Shown here in pieces: positions 1 through 9,284 of a DNA stretch of 64,000 bases. Location of the stretch: positions 1-64,000 of IMG/VR virus record IMGVR_UViG_3300046011_007348. One strand, 5' to 3'. Made by a program: the position numbers and the translations under genes. The stretch's first letter is position 1; each line of letters opens with the position of its first letter. The DNA comes from a virus. Taxonomy: Duplodnaviria > Caudoviricetes. The notes under the pieces were generated by a model that had not been told where the DNA came from, did not search any database, and was given only the letters and a program-made list of their open reading frames with translations.

Positions 1-3000
1 AGCACTATAGTGGCTGGGAACATTAGACGGTGCTTGCCTGGTGATGCGTTAGTGCATACAGAGTCAGGCTTAGTACCTATTGCTAAGATAAGAATAGGAG
101 ATCGTGTTCTCACCAGCAAAGGATTTTACCCTGTAACTAACTTCTTTGATCAAGGTGAGCAATCTCTTTGCAGAATCAAAACTCAAGACGGTAGTTTTGA
201 GTGTACAGCAGAACACAAGATTGCTGTGTTAACAGATGTCTATGGCAACTACAAAATGGTTAAAGCCAAAGACTTGAAGCAAGGTGATAGATTAGTACGT
301 GTTCTAGAAGCCACAGAATTAATACCAGTCAAGTTTGTGGACATTGAATTTGATGTACGAACTGCTCCCACTTACGACATAGAAGTTGCTACTGTGCATG
401 AATTTGTGTGCGAAGGCATCTTAGTTTCAAATAGCGCGGGCATGCGCCAGTTCACTTCTAGTGATAACGTAGCTGCTAACGCTAAAGCAAATCTATGGGA
501 GCAAACACCAACTGGAGAGTGGAGAATAGATCCAGAGAAAGATGCTTTGCGCATGGCAAATCACACCAGAGTTTTTCACCAAAAGCCTACTTATCAGGAA
601 GTATTTGATTCAGTAACGAGTCAATATTGGAGTGGTGAAGGAGCAATACAGTGGGCGGGTGAAGCTGTCGCCAGAGCAAATGCAGATTTATTGATTACCC
701 AAAAGCTAAAAGCAAAGTTTTTGACTGCTTACGAAAATGGTGAAGCTAAAGAATGGATAAGAAAAAATTATCCAGGCATGCCACATGCGGAGATAGAACA
801 TAGAGTAAGTACATATGGATTAAATCCATGTGGTGAAATTATTGGTAGCAATTTCCACTGTGTTAGTGGTGACACGCTGCTAATTACCAAAGATGGATTA
901 CACGCAATCAAAGATGTTGTAGGATGCGATGTTGAGATTTGGAATGGTAGGAATTGGAGTCAAGTACAGCCATTCAAAACTGGCAGTTCTCGCGTTCTTT
1001 ATCGTGTACGATTTGCGGATGGTACGTATTTAGATGCTACCGAATATCATAGATTCTTTGTTAAGGATAGGTTTGGCAAAGAATACAAAGAAGTACAGAC
1101 AAAAGACTTAATGGATGCAAGTAAGTATCGTATTCACACCAAGCCATTTACTATTCAGTATGATGATGGATTGGATATTGATACTAATTATGCTTATAGC
1201 TTGGGAGTAGCCGTAGGAGATGGCACCACAGACAAAGACAACAACGCAAAAATAAGATTGTATGGCAAAAAAATTGCTTTGTCCGTAGCAGGCGATAAGT
1301 CTCCCATCAGGGAATATGAATACGTTACAAACTTCACTGATGTTACAAATTTAAGCTTTTCTGGGGAATTTCTGAAGAGTCTCAAAACCAAACCAGAAGC
1401 ATTAAACATCATAGCAAGTTGGAATCGTGAAGCAATCTTGCATTTTATTGCTGGTTTAGCAGATACAGATGGAACAAATAGTAGCGGCAATGGTATTAGA
1501 ATCTACATCTCTGATTATGACAGAGCGTACAGAATACAATTGTTGCTAATTAAATGTGGTATTCGTTCTTCTGTCAATCTTTGCGCTTATAAAGGAGCAG
1601 TTACAAATTATGGTGTTAGAAGTAAAGATTTGTACTCTGTACAAGTAACTGATTGTGGTAAAATCCCTTGTCAGCGATTAGACGTAAGCCAAGGTAGAGT
1701 ACCTAAATGTAAAGGCAAATGGCAAGTTATCAGGAGTGTGGAGCAATTACCGGGATTGCATGACACTTACTGTTTTAATGAACCACAATATCATGAAGGT
1801 GTATTTGGAAACACGTTGACTGGAAATTGCAATTTGTCAGAAATACACTTAAATCAGCTCAATCCTACTGACTACAAAGAACAAGAAGATGCTTTTAGAG
1901 CAGCTTCACTCTCAGTAGCTGCATTGCTTCACCATAGATTCACCGAGCCTATTTATCAAGAATCTAGAGAGTTAGATCCTATTGTTGGTGTTTCCTTCAC
2001 CGGATTATTTGACTTTTTTGTTCATGCTTTTGGAGCAGAATGGCTTCACTGGTGGCAACAAGAGAGAGAAGACAATGAGCAAGGCAGGATATTTAAACAA
2101 AAAGAACAGGAGTATTTATCTAGATGGAAAGACATAGTACATCAAACTGTTTGGGAATATTGTGATAAACACAATCTTAAACGTCCTAATCGTTGTACTA
2201 CCGTCCAACCCAGTGGGTGTCTAGATCGCACTGCATTAAGAATTTTTGATCAAGGCTTACTTTATGCGGATGAATTGATAGCACCTGGCAGTGGTGAAGC
2301 TACTAATTTGAAACTAAGTGTTCGTGAAGGAGTGTCTGTCACCACTGGAATTGCTAATCAACCATTGCAATTGATTAAAGTTACATTAAACAATGGACGT
2401 GTTTTACGTATGACTCCAAACCATCGTCTTTCTATTGATGGAAACTGGATTTATGCGTCTGACATGACTCCTGGAATGAAGATTGATTTTAGTCTTGGGG
2501 AATATCAAAACAGCCAAGAGACTTCACTACTTGATATAGATCAATTTAGCTATACAAGAGAAGCAAAACAATTAGAGTCTGGGCATAATCGTGGTGGCAT
2601 CACAGCAACTATCATTAAAACGCCCAAGATAATGTCTCCTGACTTAGCTTATTTTATCGGAGCATTATTTGGAAATGGATGTTTAAGTGCAACTGGACAT
2701 CGTATTAGGTTTTCTAGTAATAGTTATAAATTGCTAGAAAGACTACAACAAATAGCACAAAATCTGTTTGTTTTAAATGGGAGAATCAACAAATACTCTG
2801 GCAGAGAAGCTTATGAATTAAGCATTTCTAGTGTTCAGCTTTATGATTGGTTGCAATTGAATGGAATAGCTAAAACAGAGAAAAGTCTAAATCTTGACAG
2901 AATACCATTAGCTATTCGTTGTTCCTCTAAGCAAAGTATTCTATCGTTCTTCTGTGGATTGATTGACACTGATGGATGCATTAGAGTTAATGGCTCAATG

Positions 3001-4011
3001 TCCATTGACAGCGCTAGTGAAGAGTTCATTAGAAACCTTCAACAAATAGGTGAAGCTGTAGGATTGTGTTTCTCCGTATTCCATAACACTGAAGGGGAGA
3101 ACAACCAAACACAGAAAAATATGTGGGGTTTATGTTTAAGCCGCATGTTATCTAAACCTGATGCTTTAGATTATCTAAACGAAAATAGTCAAAAAGCTGA
3201 GATTCGTCCTATTCCTTCACTCAAAAGAAGTTATAAATTTGATCCATATCTCATTGAATCTGTGGTGTGGGAAGAAACTTCTGATTACAGCTACGACTTT
3301 GCGGTGCAAGGAGAGGACGACAATGATTCATGGTATTGGCAAGGAGCGATTAAATCACATAACACAAAGTCTTTGTTAACTGGCGCTTCCCCTGGTTGGC
3401 ATCCTCCCAAAGCACAACAATTTATCCGTCGGATTACTTTCCGTAAGAACGATCCAGTAGCATTGGCATGCATAGACTTTGGATATAACGTAGTTCCATC
3501 ACAATCAGATAAAGATGAAAATGGTAACTTATTAGACAATCCTTTTGATGAACGTTGCACAGAATGGTTAGTAGAAATACCAGTAGCAGTATCTTGGGCA
3601 AATCTACCAGGAGTTGATGTTGATATTTCTAAATTCTCGGTGTTGGCACAGTTTGATTTTTATATGCAAGTGCAGAAGTATTACACAACTCATAATACTT
3701 CAGCCACACTTGAACTACGCCAGAACGAAATTGGTGCTTTAAGTAGAGCTATATATGACTCAATCAAGAACAATGACGGGTATATTTCTGCTGCTATCCT
3801 TAGTCGCTTTGATGATTTCCAGTCTTATCCTAGATTGCCTTTTGAGCCTATTAGCAAGGACAAATACTTGCAGTTGGTAGAAGAAGTAAATCAAAGAAGA
3901 ACTAATGATTCTTTCTTAGATGCTTTGCATAAGTATGATAATGGGTTTGATGAACAATCAGGCCCTGCCCCATGTGATTCAGACAAGTGTCTTTTACCAG
4001 AGTTAAAGTGA
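1..4011 (+). CDS. nrdJ: Class II (B12-dependent) ribonucleotide reductase, 5'-truncated by window edge, containing three inteins
   Basis: Extein motifs VAGNIRR/SA, GLNPCGEI, CNLSEIHL, CTTVQPSG/TKSLL, THNTSAT and C-terminal CDSDKC cysteine pair; frame open from position 1. Confidence 0.95.
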   Translation, partial: STIVAGNIRRCLPGDALVHTESGLVPIAKIRIGDRVLTSKGFYPVTNFFDQGEQSLCRIKTQDGSFECTAEHKIAVLTDVYGNYKMVKAKDLKQGDRLVRVLEATELIPVKFVDIEFDVRTAPTYDIEVATVHEFVCEGILVSNSAGMRQFTSSDNVAANAKANLWEQTPTGEWRIDPEKDALRMANHTRVFHQKPTYQEVFDSVTSQYWSGEGAIQWAGEAVARANADLLITQKLKAKFLTAYENGEAKEWIRKNYPGMPHAEIEHRVSTYGLNPCGEIIGSNFHCVSGDTLLITKDGLHAIKDVVGCDVEIWNGRNWSQVQPFKTGSSRVLYRVRFADGTYLDATEYHRFFVKDRFGKEYKEVQTKDLMDASKYRIHTKPFTIQYDDGLDIDTNYAYSLGVAVGDGTTDKDNNAKIRLYGKKIALSVAGDKSPIREYEYVTNFTDVTNLSFSGEFLKSLKTKPEALNIIASWNREAILHFIAGLADTDGTNSSGNGIRIYISDYDRAYRIQLLLIKCGIRSSVNLCAYKGAVTNYGVRSKDLYSVQVTDCGKIPCQRLDVSQGRVPKCKGKWQVIRSVEQLPGLHDTYCFNEPQYHEGVFGNTLTGNCNLSEIHLNQLNPTDYKEQEDAFRAASLSVAALLHHRFTEPIYQESRELDPIVGVSFTGLFDFFVHAFGAEWLHWWQQEREDNEQGRIFKQKEQEYLSRWKDIVHQTVWEYCDKHNLKRPNRCTTVQPSGCLDRTALRIFDQGLLYADELIAPGSGEATNLKLSVREGVSVTTGIANQPLQLIKVTLNNGRVLRMTPNHRLSIDGNWIYASDMTPGMKIDFSLGEYQNSQETSLLDIDQFSYTREAKQLESGHNRGGITATIIKTPKIMSPDLAYFIGALFGNGCLSATGHRIRFSSNSYKLLERLQQIAQNLFVLNGRINKYSGREAYELSISSVQLYDWLQLNGIAKTEKSLNLDRIPLAIRCSSKQSILSFFCGLIDTDGCIRVNGSMSIDSASEEFIRNLQQIGEAVGLCFSVFHNTEGENNQTQKNMWGLCLSRMLSKPDALDYLNENSQKAEIRPIPSLKRSYKFDPYLIESVVWEETSDYSYDFAVQGEDDNDSWYWQGAIKSHNTKSLLTGASPGWHPPKAQQFIRRITFRKNDPVALACIDFGYNVVPSQSDKDENGNLLDNPFDERCTEWLVEIPVAVSWANLPGVDVDISKFSVLAQFDFYMQVQKYYTTHNTSATLELRQNEIGALSRAIYDSIKNNDGYISAAILSRFDDFQSYPRLPFEPISKDKYLQLVEEVNQRRTNDSFLDALHKYDNGFDEQSGPAPCDSDKCLLPELK
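31..432 (+). mobile_element. Mini-intein (134 aa, no endonuclease) in NrdJ
   Basis: Starts CLPGDALV, block B CTAEHK, block F TYDIEV..HEF, ends VSN followed by Ser. Confidence 0.92.
859..1827 (+). mobile_element. Intein (323 aa) with LAGLIDADG homing endonuclease in NrdJ
   Basis: Starts CVSGDT, block B ATEYHRF, motifs LGVAVGDG and FIAGLADTDG, ends TGN followed by Cys. Confidence 0.92.
2218..3363 (+). mobile_element. Intein (382 aa) with LAGLIDADG homing endonuclease in NrdJ
   Basis: Starts CLDRT, block B MTPNHRL, motifs IGALFGNG and FCGLIDTDG, ends SHN followed by Thr of the PSG/T motif. Confidence 0.92.
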
Positions 4012-4553
4012 AAAATAACAGCAAACAATTAGGAGTTTTAGCGGTTCATGATGGAGATCATAAAACTGCTATCAAACACTATTCAGATGCCCTTGCTACT
4101 GAAAAAAGTGTTGATTTATTACGTGAAAGAGCTAAATCCTATGCTGCTTTAAAGAAGCTGGATAGTGCTATCAAAGACTACACTACAGCTATCAATATTC
4201 AGCTAGATAATTCAGCTCTTTATTGTGAGAGAGCTGAACTTTATATCAAAAAAGCTGACTATAATGCTGGATTGGAAGACTGTAATGATGCCTTGGAAAT
4301 TAATCCTAAATGCCCAATTGCTTTGCTACTAAAAGGACTAATACTAGTCAAATTAGGAAGTATTAATGATGGCATGAGTTGCATCAATAATTGTTTACAA
4401 ATCAACAAGTGGTATGCCAGAGCATATTACGAAAGAGCAATATTGATGGAGGGGATTGACAAAGAAAAAGCCAAATTTGATTACTACCAAGCTGCTCATA
4501 TTGGCTATCCAAATGCACTGAAAAGGTACAGAATATTAGCAGGTACTAATTAA
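3987..4553 (+). CDS. TPR-repeat protein (start may be GTG 4008)
   Basis: Several 34-aa TPR units (AIKDYTTAINI, ALYCERA, DCNDALEINP, AYYERA). Confidence 0.85.
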   Translation: MSFTRVKVKNNSKQLGVLAVHDGDHKTAIKHYSDALATEKSVDLLRERAKSYAALKKLDSAIKDYTTAINIQLDNSALYCERAELYIKKADYNAGLEDCNDALEINPKCPIALLLKGLILVKLGSINDGMSCINNCLQINKWYARAYYERAILMEGIDKEKAKFDYYQAAHIGYPNALKRYRILAGTN

Positions 4554-4558
4554 ATTTT

Positions 4559-4597
4559 TACAGCAAAGACTTAGTTGGATCTTTGCTGTATTTTTTT
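4559..4597 (+). terminator. Intrinsic terminator
   Basis: TACAGCAAAGA-loop-TCTTTGCTGTA followed by T7. Confidence 0.75.
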
Positions 4598-4639
4598 GGC
4601 AATTGATATACAATAAGAAACATATTGACAGGAGGTAAC

Positions 4640-5311
4640 ATGAAGCTTTTAATAATTGACACAGAGACAACAGGATTATCTGAGGAAGACGCTCCAATTG
4701 AAGTGGCAGGCATCTTCTATTTAGTAGGGCAAGGAATCATAAGTCAAGTTAGCACTATCGTATCTAGTGTTATACCTAACTTTGCTGTTCAAATCAACAA
4801 AATTCAACAGGAGTTGATTGATGTTGGTACAAATAATCAGATAATCACTGTCTTGAATGACATGGCAAATGAATGTGATTATGTATTAGCACACAATGCA
4901 CAGTTTGATAAACAAGCTTGTGCTAAAATTCCTGGTTTAAATATTCACCAAAAGTGGGTGGATAGTCAGTACATAAACTTTCCAAATAGTCAGTACTGCA
5001 AGACTAACGGCTTACACAATTTAGCTATAGCGCACAATGTGCCAGTTATAGATACGCACAGAGCGTTGGATGACTGCAGATTGCTGAGTAAGTTGTTAGA
5101 TACAGTTGCTAATTTAGAACAAGAAATCTTATTAGCAGCAGAACCTAGAGTTTTGGTTAAAAGTCTAGAACCATATCCAGCAACATTGACTAAACAAGCT
5201 GGTTTTAGGTGGAATGCCAATACTAAAACATGGGCAAAACACATTAAAGAAAAAGAGATTGTTGATTTACCTTTTCAAGTTAAAATAATAGGCACAGACA
5301 TAAATGATTGA
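4640..5311 (+). CDS. DEDDh 3'-5' exonuclease (DnaQ/epsilon-like)
   Basis: IIDTETTG, AHNAQFD, HRALDD motifs; GGAGG RBS before ATG 4640. Confidence 0.92.
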   Translation: MKLLIIDTETTGLSEEDAPIEVAGIFYLVGQGIISQVSTIVSSVIPNFAVQINKIQQELIDVGTNNQIITVLNDMANECDYVLAHNAQFDKQACAKIPGLNIHQKWVDSQYINFPNSQYCKTNGLHNLAIAHNVPVIDTHRALDDCRLLSKLLDTVANLEQEILLAAEPRVLVKSLEPYPATLTKQAGFRWNANTKTWAKHIKEKEIVDLPFQVKIIGTDIND

Positions 5312-5519
5312 ATACAATTCTCGTGTTTACCCAATCAAAAAGCATAAAGTAAGTGCTGCTGATAAAGGCAAGTTATCGGTGTCTTTACCTAAAGCTTTGA
5401 TTGACAGAATTAGATATATCGCTCAGAAAGCAAATGTTGAGCCGTCTAATGTAATGTGGGTTGCTTTTGAAGAATGGCTAACCAATCATCCCGATGCACC
5501 AAATCTCAAAGATGAATAA
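5304..5519 (+). CDS. Ribbon-helix-helix DNA-binding protein
   Basis: KLSVSLPKALIDRIRYIA...PSNVMWVAFEEWL pattern. Confidence 0.65.
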   Translation: MIEYNSRVYPIKKHKVSAADKGKLSVSLPKALIDRIRYIAQKANVEPSNVMWVAFEEWLTNHPDAPNLKDE

Positions 5520-5787
5520 ATACATCGACATTCTTAAACAGTTTAGATTCCTCCTAGGAATCAATGAGGAATTAGAACAAGTGGAAACATTCTCTGAATT
5601 ATTATCAGAAATGCTTGCTTGTGAAGCAGTGCTATTAGACAAAGATTGTATAACACTTGTGCTGGAAGGAAAGGAAAGTGACAACCCAGAAAGTGTTATT
5701 AAGCAATTGTTGGTTGAACATCTTATCTACTCAAAAGAAGCTGTAGAAAATCCAAGTATTATTGACGCAATTATGCAGCTTGTTTAA
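5494..5787 (+). CDS. Hypothetical protein
   Basis: Co-directional ORF coupled to upstream gene. Confidence 0.6.
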   Translation: MHQISKMNKYIDILKQFRFLLGINEELEQVETFSELLSEMLACEAVLLDKDCITLVLEGKESDNPESVIKQLLVEHLIYSKEAVENPSIIDAIMQLV

Positions 5788-5839
5788 TATTTTGTAAAGC
5801 ACTACTATTAACGTAGTGTTTTATTTTTTTATATATCCC

Positions 5840-5868
5840 TTGACGTAGTGTTGTCAATAAGTTATAGT
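5840..5868 (+). promoter_or_regulatory. Sigma70-type early promoter
   Basis: TTGACG-N17-TATAGT upstream of 5895. Confidence 0.75.
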
Positions 5869-5894
5869 AAATATTAAAAGTTCACTGATAAAGT

Positions 5895-6113
5895 ATGTAT
5901 TACTTCGCAAATGTAGAAAAAACCAAAGGTAAGAGTCATTTAGTTGACTCTAATTACAACATCAGCCAAGATGCTGCGTTAGCAGTGTTAAGTCTAGGAT
6001 TAGTTGGAGCTATTCCTGACGCTGTTGTATTTAGAGAAGTACTTGATGCTGACACCATTAAGTACCATGTCGAAGCCCCTCAAGAAGAATGGGATAAATG
6101 GAGGAAAATATGA
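5895..6113 (+). CDS. Hypothetical early protein, weakly similar to 7350..7586
   Basis: ISQDAALAVLSL..G.IP..AP.E.W.K resembles ITRDLAIIALNL..G.LP..AP.E.W.K. Confidence 0.6.
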   Translation: MYYFANVEKTKGKSHLVDSNYNISQDAALAVLSLGLVGAIPDAVVFREVLDADTIKYHVEAPQEEWDKWRKI

Positions 6114-6532
6114 AGTACGTTGTTAATTATGATGATTTACACCTTAAAGATTGGCTAAATGCTAATCCTGATGTGTGGGAACAATTCATCAAGAAACACA
6201 AAAATGGAAAGTTTTTAGCGCTCAAAGACAGATTTGATGCGTGTGTTTTTTATGAAACTAAATCTCAGTGGGGAGATTTTATCTATGGAGTCCAGCTTCA
6301 TCCTCCCCTAAAAGAAAAAGAATTTGGTTTTCTAGATATTGAACAAATAGAAAATCGTTTTCACTCTCATTGCTTAATGCTTATAGAGAAAGCAGCAAAT
6401 CCTGCTTCCAAAGAGCAACAAAAGCAGGAATACATCACTTACATAGAACTCTATGGAGTTGAAAAACTCGCACAAGTGGTGGGAGAAAATAAAGTTAGGC
6501 AAGTTTTAGGAGATTATGCAATTTATTGCTGA
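6110..6532 (+). CDS. Hypothetical protein, DWLNANPDVWEQFIK family
   Basis: GGAGG RBS; N-terminus shared with next gene. Confidence 0.65.
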   Translation: MKYVVNYDDLHLKDWLNANPDVWEQFIKKHKNGKFLALKDRFDACVFYETKSQWGDFIYGVQLHPPLKEKEFGFLDIEQIENRFHSHCLMLIEKAANPASKEQQKQEYITYIELYGVEKLAQVVGENKVRQVLGDYAIYC

Positions 6533-6592
6533 CGATAAAAAAATTCAGGATTGGCTAAATGCTAATCCTGACGTGTGGGAACAGTTCATTAA
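6149..6592 (+). repeat. 44-bp direct repeat (6149-6192 and 6549-6592)
   Basis: GATTGGCTAAATGCTAATCCTGAYGTGTGGGAACARTTCATYAA, 3 synonymous mismatches, 400 bp apart. Confidence 0.9.
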
Positions 6593-6776
6593 AGAATATC
6601 CAGAATATTCTCACACAACTTTTGATAAAGCTATTTTCTTTACAGAAGAAATGTCGGAAAATAGCGATTATTCAATGGCAACATTTGTCAGATTTGAACC
6701 AAGAATCAAAACATCTGATGGGTGGTTCTTATCTGATTGTTTCTTAGATTTTTGTAAAAGGAGATGGGATGATTAA
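6516..6776 (+). CDS. Hypothetical protein, DWLNANPDVWEQFIK family
   Basis: AGGAG RBS; N-terminus shared with previous gene. Confidence 0.65.
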   Translation: MQFIADDKKIQDWLNANPDVWEQFIKEYPEYSHTTFDKAIFFTEEMSENSDYSMATFVRFEPRIKTSDGWFLSDCFLDFCKRRWDD

Positions 6777-7371
6777 AGTAGATTGTTTTGGCACTGAATT
6801 AGTCGTTGATCTTCTAATGGACAAGAATCAAATGGCAATATTAAATCTTTCTCCATTAGAAGATTATATCTGGGCAAAAATATTTTATGAATTTGGATGG
6901 AATGTGCCAGATCCATCCAACATAGCAAAGTCTTGTTTTGCCTATTCAATGGATAAGAAAGAAAGAAGCTTTGTACTCTTTTTGGAGTACAAAGAGGATT
7001 GCCTTAGGCATGTTTACAGTCAACTACAAAGCAAAATGAAACTCTACTTAGAGTACAATCCAAATGAGTTTAGATGGGATTTACCATACGTTAAAGGAAC
7101 GTATGACTACCATTACTTTAGATTACTGGAAACTCCAGCTAGCATGTTTGTTGATGTAAATTACTACAAAGGCTGGGAGACTCAAACGTGGTTTGAGCAG
7201 CTTTCTGAAATCAACGACAACAAGACGAAAGAGCAATCTTTCAAAGAGGAAAAGGAAAAACTAAAACAGTTTTTCCTCAAACTCGCTTCAGACAAGCTAG
7301 ATATTGACTTGTCTAAATATACTTACTTAGACAACGCAAACACTTTGGTATGGACGACATGTACGCAATAA
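6769..7371 (+). CDS. Hypothetical protein
   Basis: 200-aa ORF, AGGAG RBS, coupled to neighbours. Confidence 0.65.
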   Translation: MIKVDCFGTELVVDLLMDKNQMAILNLSPLEDYIWAKIFYEFGWNVPDPSNIAKSCFAYSMDKKERSFVLFLEYKEDCLRHVYSQLQSKMKLYLEYNPNEFRWDLPYVKGTYDYHYFRLLETPASMFVDVNYYKGWETQTWFEQLSEINDNKTKEQSFKEEKEKLKQFFLKLASDKLDIDLSKYTYLDNANTLVWTTCTQ

Positions 7372-7586
7372 TTGAAAACAAACAACTCAAAGAAGCTAGT
7401 CCTGGCATTACCAGAGACTTAGCTATCATCGCTTTAAATTTGGCAAAAGCAGGTAAATTGCCAAACGCGTCTTTCAAGAAAGACAAAGATGCTTATTTAA
7501 TCAAAGCACCTAAAGAGTCTTGGAAAAAAGCACAGCGTAGATTAGACAGATTTTCGGAAAACTTCAATGGCACCTGGATACCTTAA
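7350..7586 (+). CDS. Hypothetical protein
   Basis: Operonic ORF. Confidence 0.55.
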   Translation: MDDMYAIIENKQLKEASPGITRDLAIIALNLAKAGKLPNASFKKDKDAYLIKAPKESWKKAQRRLDRFSENFNGTWIP

Positions 7587-7870
7587 TGCAGCAATACGTT
7601 GAAATCAAAACAAGTGGAGAGTTAGTCAATGGCGCTCTCCAATTAAATCAGCTAGCAATTAAAACGTTGTTAGATTTGATTGGTGATGGCAGTAATCCTG
7701 ATTTACAGACAGAATATGGTTTCTTTCGTGTACTGCCAACAGTGTCTATCAGACAAGACATTCTCTACAAACAAAAAGACAAAATCTGCATGCACGATGC
7801 GGAACTTAGTTACTTTGTTATAGCCAACGACAAAACATGGGATAATTTATTGTCAGAAACGGAACAATAA
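7586..7870 (+). CDS. Hypothetical protein
   Basis: TAATG overlap with upstream stop. Confidence 0.6.
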   Translation: MQQYVEIKTSGELVNGALQLNQLAIKTLLDLIGDGSNPDLQTEYGFFRVLPTVSIRQDILYKQKDKICMHDAELSYFVIANDKTWDNLLSETEQ

Positions 7871-8023
7871 ATACAACTAACACGACTTCAATGCACTTAG
7901 ACTCATCAGCTAAGTGCTTTTTTATTTGGTATAAAAATTTTTTGAAAAAAAAACAAAACCAGTGTCCTTTCACTGCTGGTTCTGTTATGATAAATTTATT
8001 CTTTGTTAATGGATATATTATAA

Positions 8024-9223
8024 ATGAGTTTTGTTTTTCCGGGGAGAGTAATTGCATATTCTCCAGAAGTATCAAAAAAATTAGGATCTGTCACCGCTGC
8101 CATTCTAGTAGGACAGCTAGAATTTTGGTTTAGCAAGTATAAGACATTTTGGAAGTTCTTAGAACCAAACAACTCTGAGAACTATAGAGAAGGCGACTCT
8201 TGGACAGAAGAACTAGCGATGTCTAAAGCAGAGTTCAAGACTGCTTTTAGCAAAGTAGGGATAAAGTACGCATCCCAAAAAGAGTATGAAGATGCAGAGA
8301 ATAAGTTCGTTAAAGACGGTAAAGAATATCTTTATTGTTCTTACACGAATAAATTAACGCATATCACCTGGTATGAGCGCAATGATGCCAAGGTGGAAAG
8401 ATTTTGGATAGACACGTTCTTTGTGGATAGAAACACTCTTAAAGAGCGCCCATTTTTGTCTAATGAACTACAAGACAAGAAAGAGACAAGAGCGCTCACA
8501 CCCGTACTTGGTGTGAGGCGGGATTTGCCACAATCACAATCTCGCTTTCCCGAAAGCAAGAAAGTTGATCTCGATTCATATACAGAGATCAATGCAAAGA
8601 AAAAAAATAAATATAAGAAAGATGTTGTGGACAAGACTCAGAATAAGTCTGAGGAAAAGTCGGAAGTCCAAGAAGTAAAAAGTCTTCCTTTGGTAAAAAC
8701 TCAAGAAGATAAGAATGTTGAAAGATTATCCGTTGATCAGGATAAACAAGCGTCGCCCCCGCCCGCGTCTTGTCAAAACGCGGATAGTCTTGGATTAAAA
8801 AATGATTATTATACGCGTCCAACACATCATATAAAAAATACGCCTATGAGCATTGCAACAGATGCTTGGATGGCTGAAAGCAAACAAAATGTTAAAGCTT
8901 CGTTTGCTGAATGGGTGTACAATGAGCGGCGAAAAAGCAACCCTAATGCTAATTTGGCTCATATTGTTGCTGAGATTAAAAACAATGCCGTCGGCGCTGC
9001 TATTTCGTGGAAAGAGTATCTTAAAGAACAAGCCAAGCTAGAACAACTACAACAAGAGAAGTTGAAAGAGAAAACATTGGCTGAAGCCAAAGAAAAGCAA
9101 GCGCAATGGGAGATAGAACAAGAAGCTGAATCTCTTGGCATGACTACCCAGGAGTACATTCTTTACAAAAATAAAAAAGCTGAAAAGGATTTAAAAGCTA
9201 AATTCAATGAGTGGGGTTTCTAA
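8024..9223 (+). CDS. Putative replication initiator (replisome organiser / lambda O-like)
   Basis: N-terminal AAILVGQLEFW...SWTEELAMS wHTH-type region, low-complexity centre, directly upstream of DnaB. Confidence 0.65.
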   Translation: MSFVFPGRVIAYSPEVSKKLGSVTAAILVGQLEFWFSKYKTFWKFLEPNNSENYREGDSWTEELAMSKAEFKTAFSKVGIKYASQKEYEDAENKFVKDGKEYLYCSYTNKLTHITWYERNDAKVERFWIDTFFVDRNTLKERPFLSNELQDKKETRALTPVLGVRRDLPQSQSRFPESKKVDLDSYTEINAKKKNKYKKDVVDKTQNKSEEKSEVQEVKSLPLVKTQEDKNVERLSVDQDKQASPPPASCQNADSLGLKNDYYTRPTHHIKNTPMSIATDAWMAESKQNVKASFAEWVYNERRKSNPNANLAHIVAEIKNNAVGAAISWKEYLKEQAKLEQLQQEKLKEKTLAEAKEKQAQWEIEQEAESLGMTTQEYILYKNKKAEKDLKAKFNEWGF

Positions 9224-9228
9224 TTCCA

Positions 9229-9257
9229 TTGACAGTGTGTTTTTATTGTGTTAGATT
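9229..9257 (+). promoter_or_regulatory. Sigma70-type promoter for dnaB
   Basis: TTGACA-N17-TAGATT. Confidence 0.65.
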
Positions 9258-9284
9258 GCTGGTGGTGTTTACCGTGGTGTTAAC

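Noticed and set aside
7818-8133. ORFs 7891..8133 (+) and 7818..8075 (-)
   Set aside because: Low-complexity AT-rich, overlapping the initiator start; likely spurious over a regulatory region
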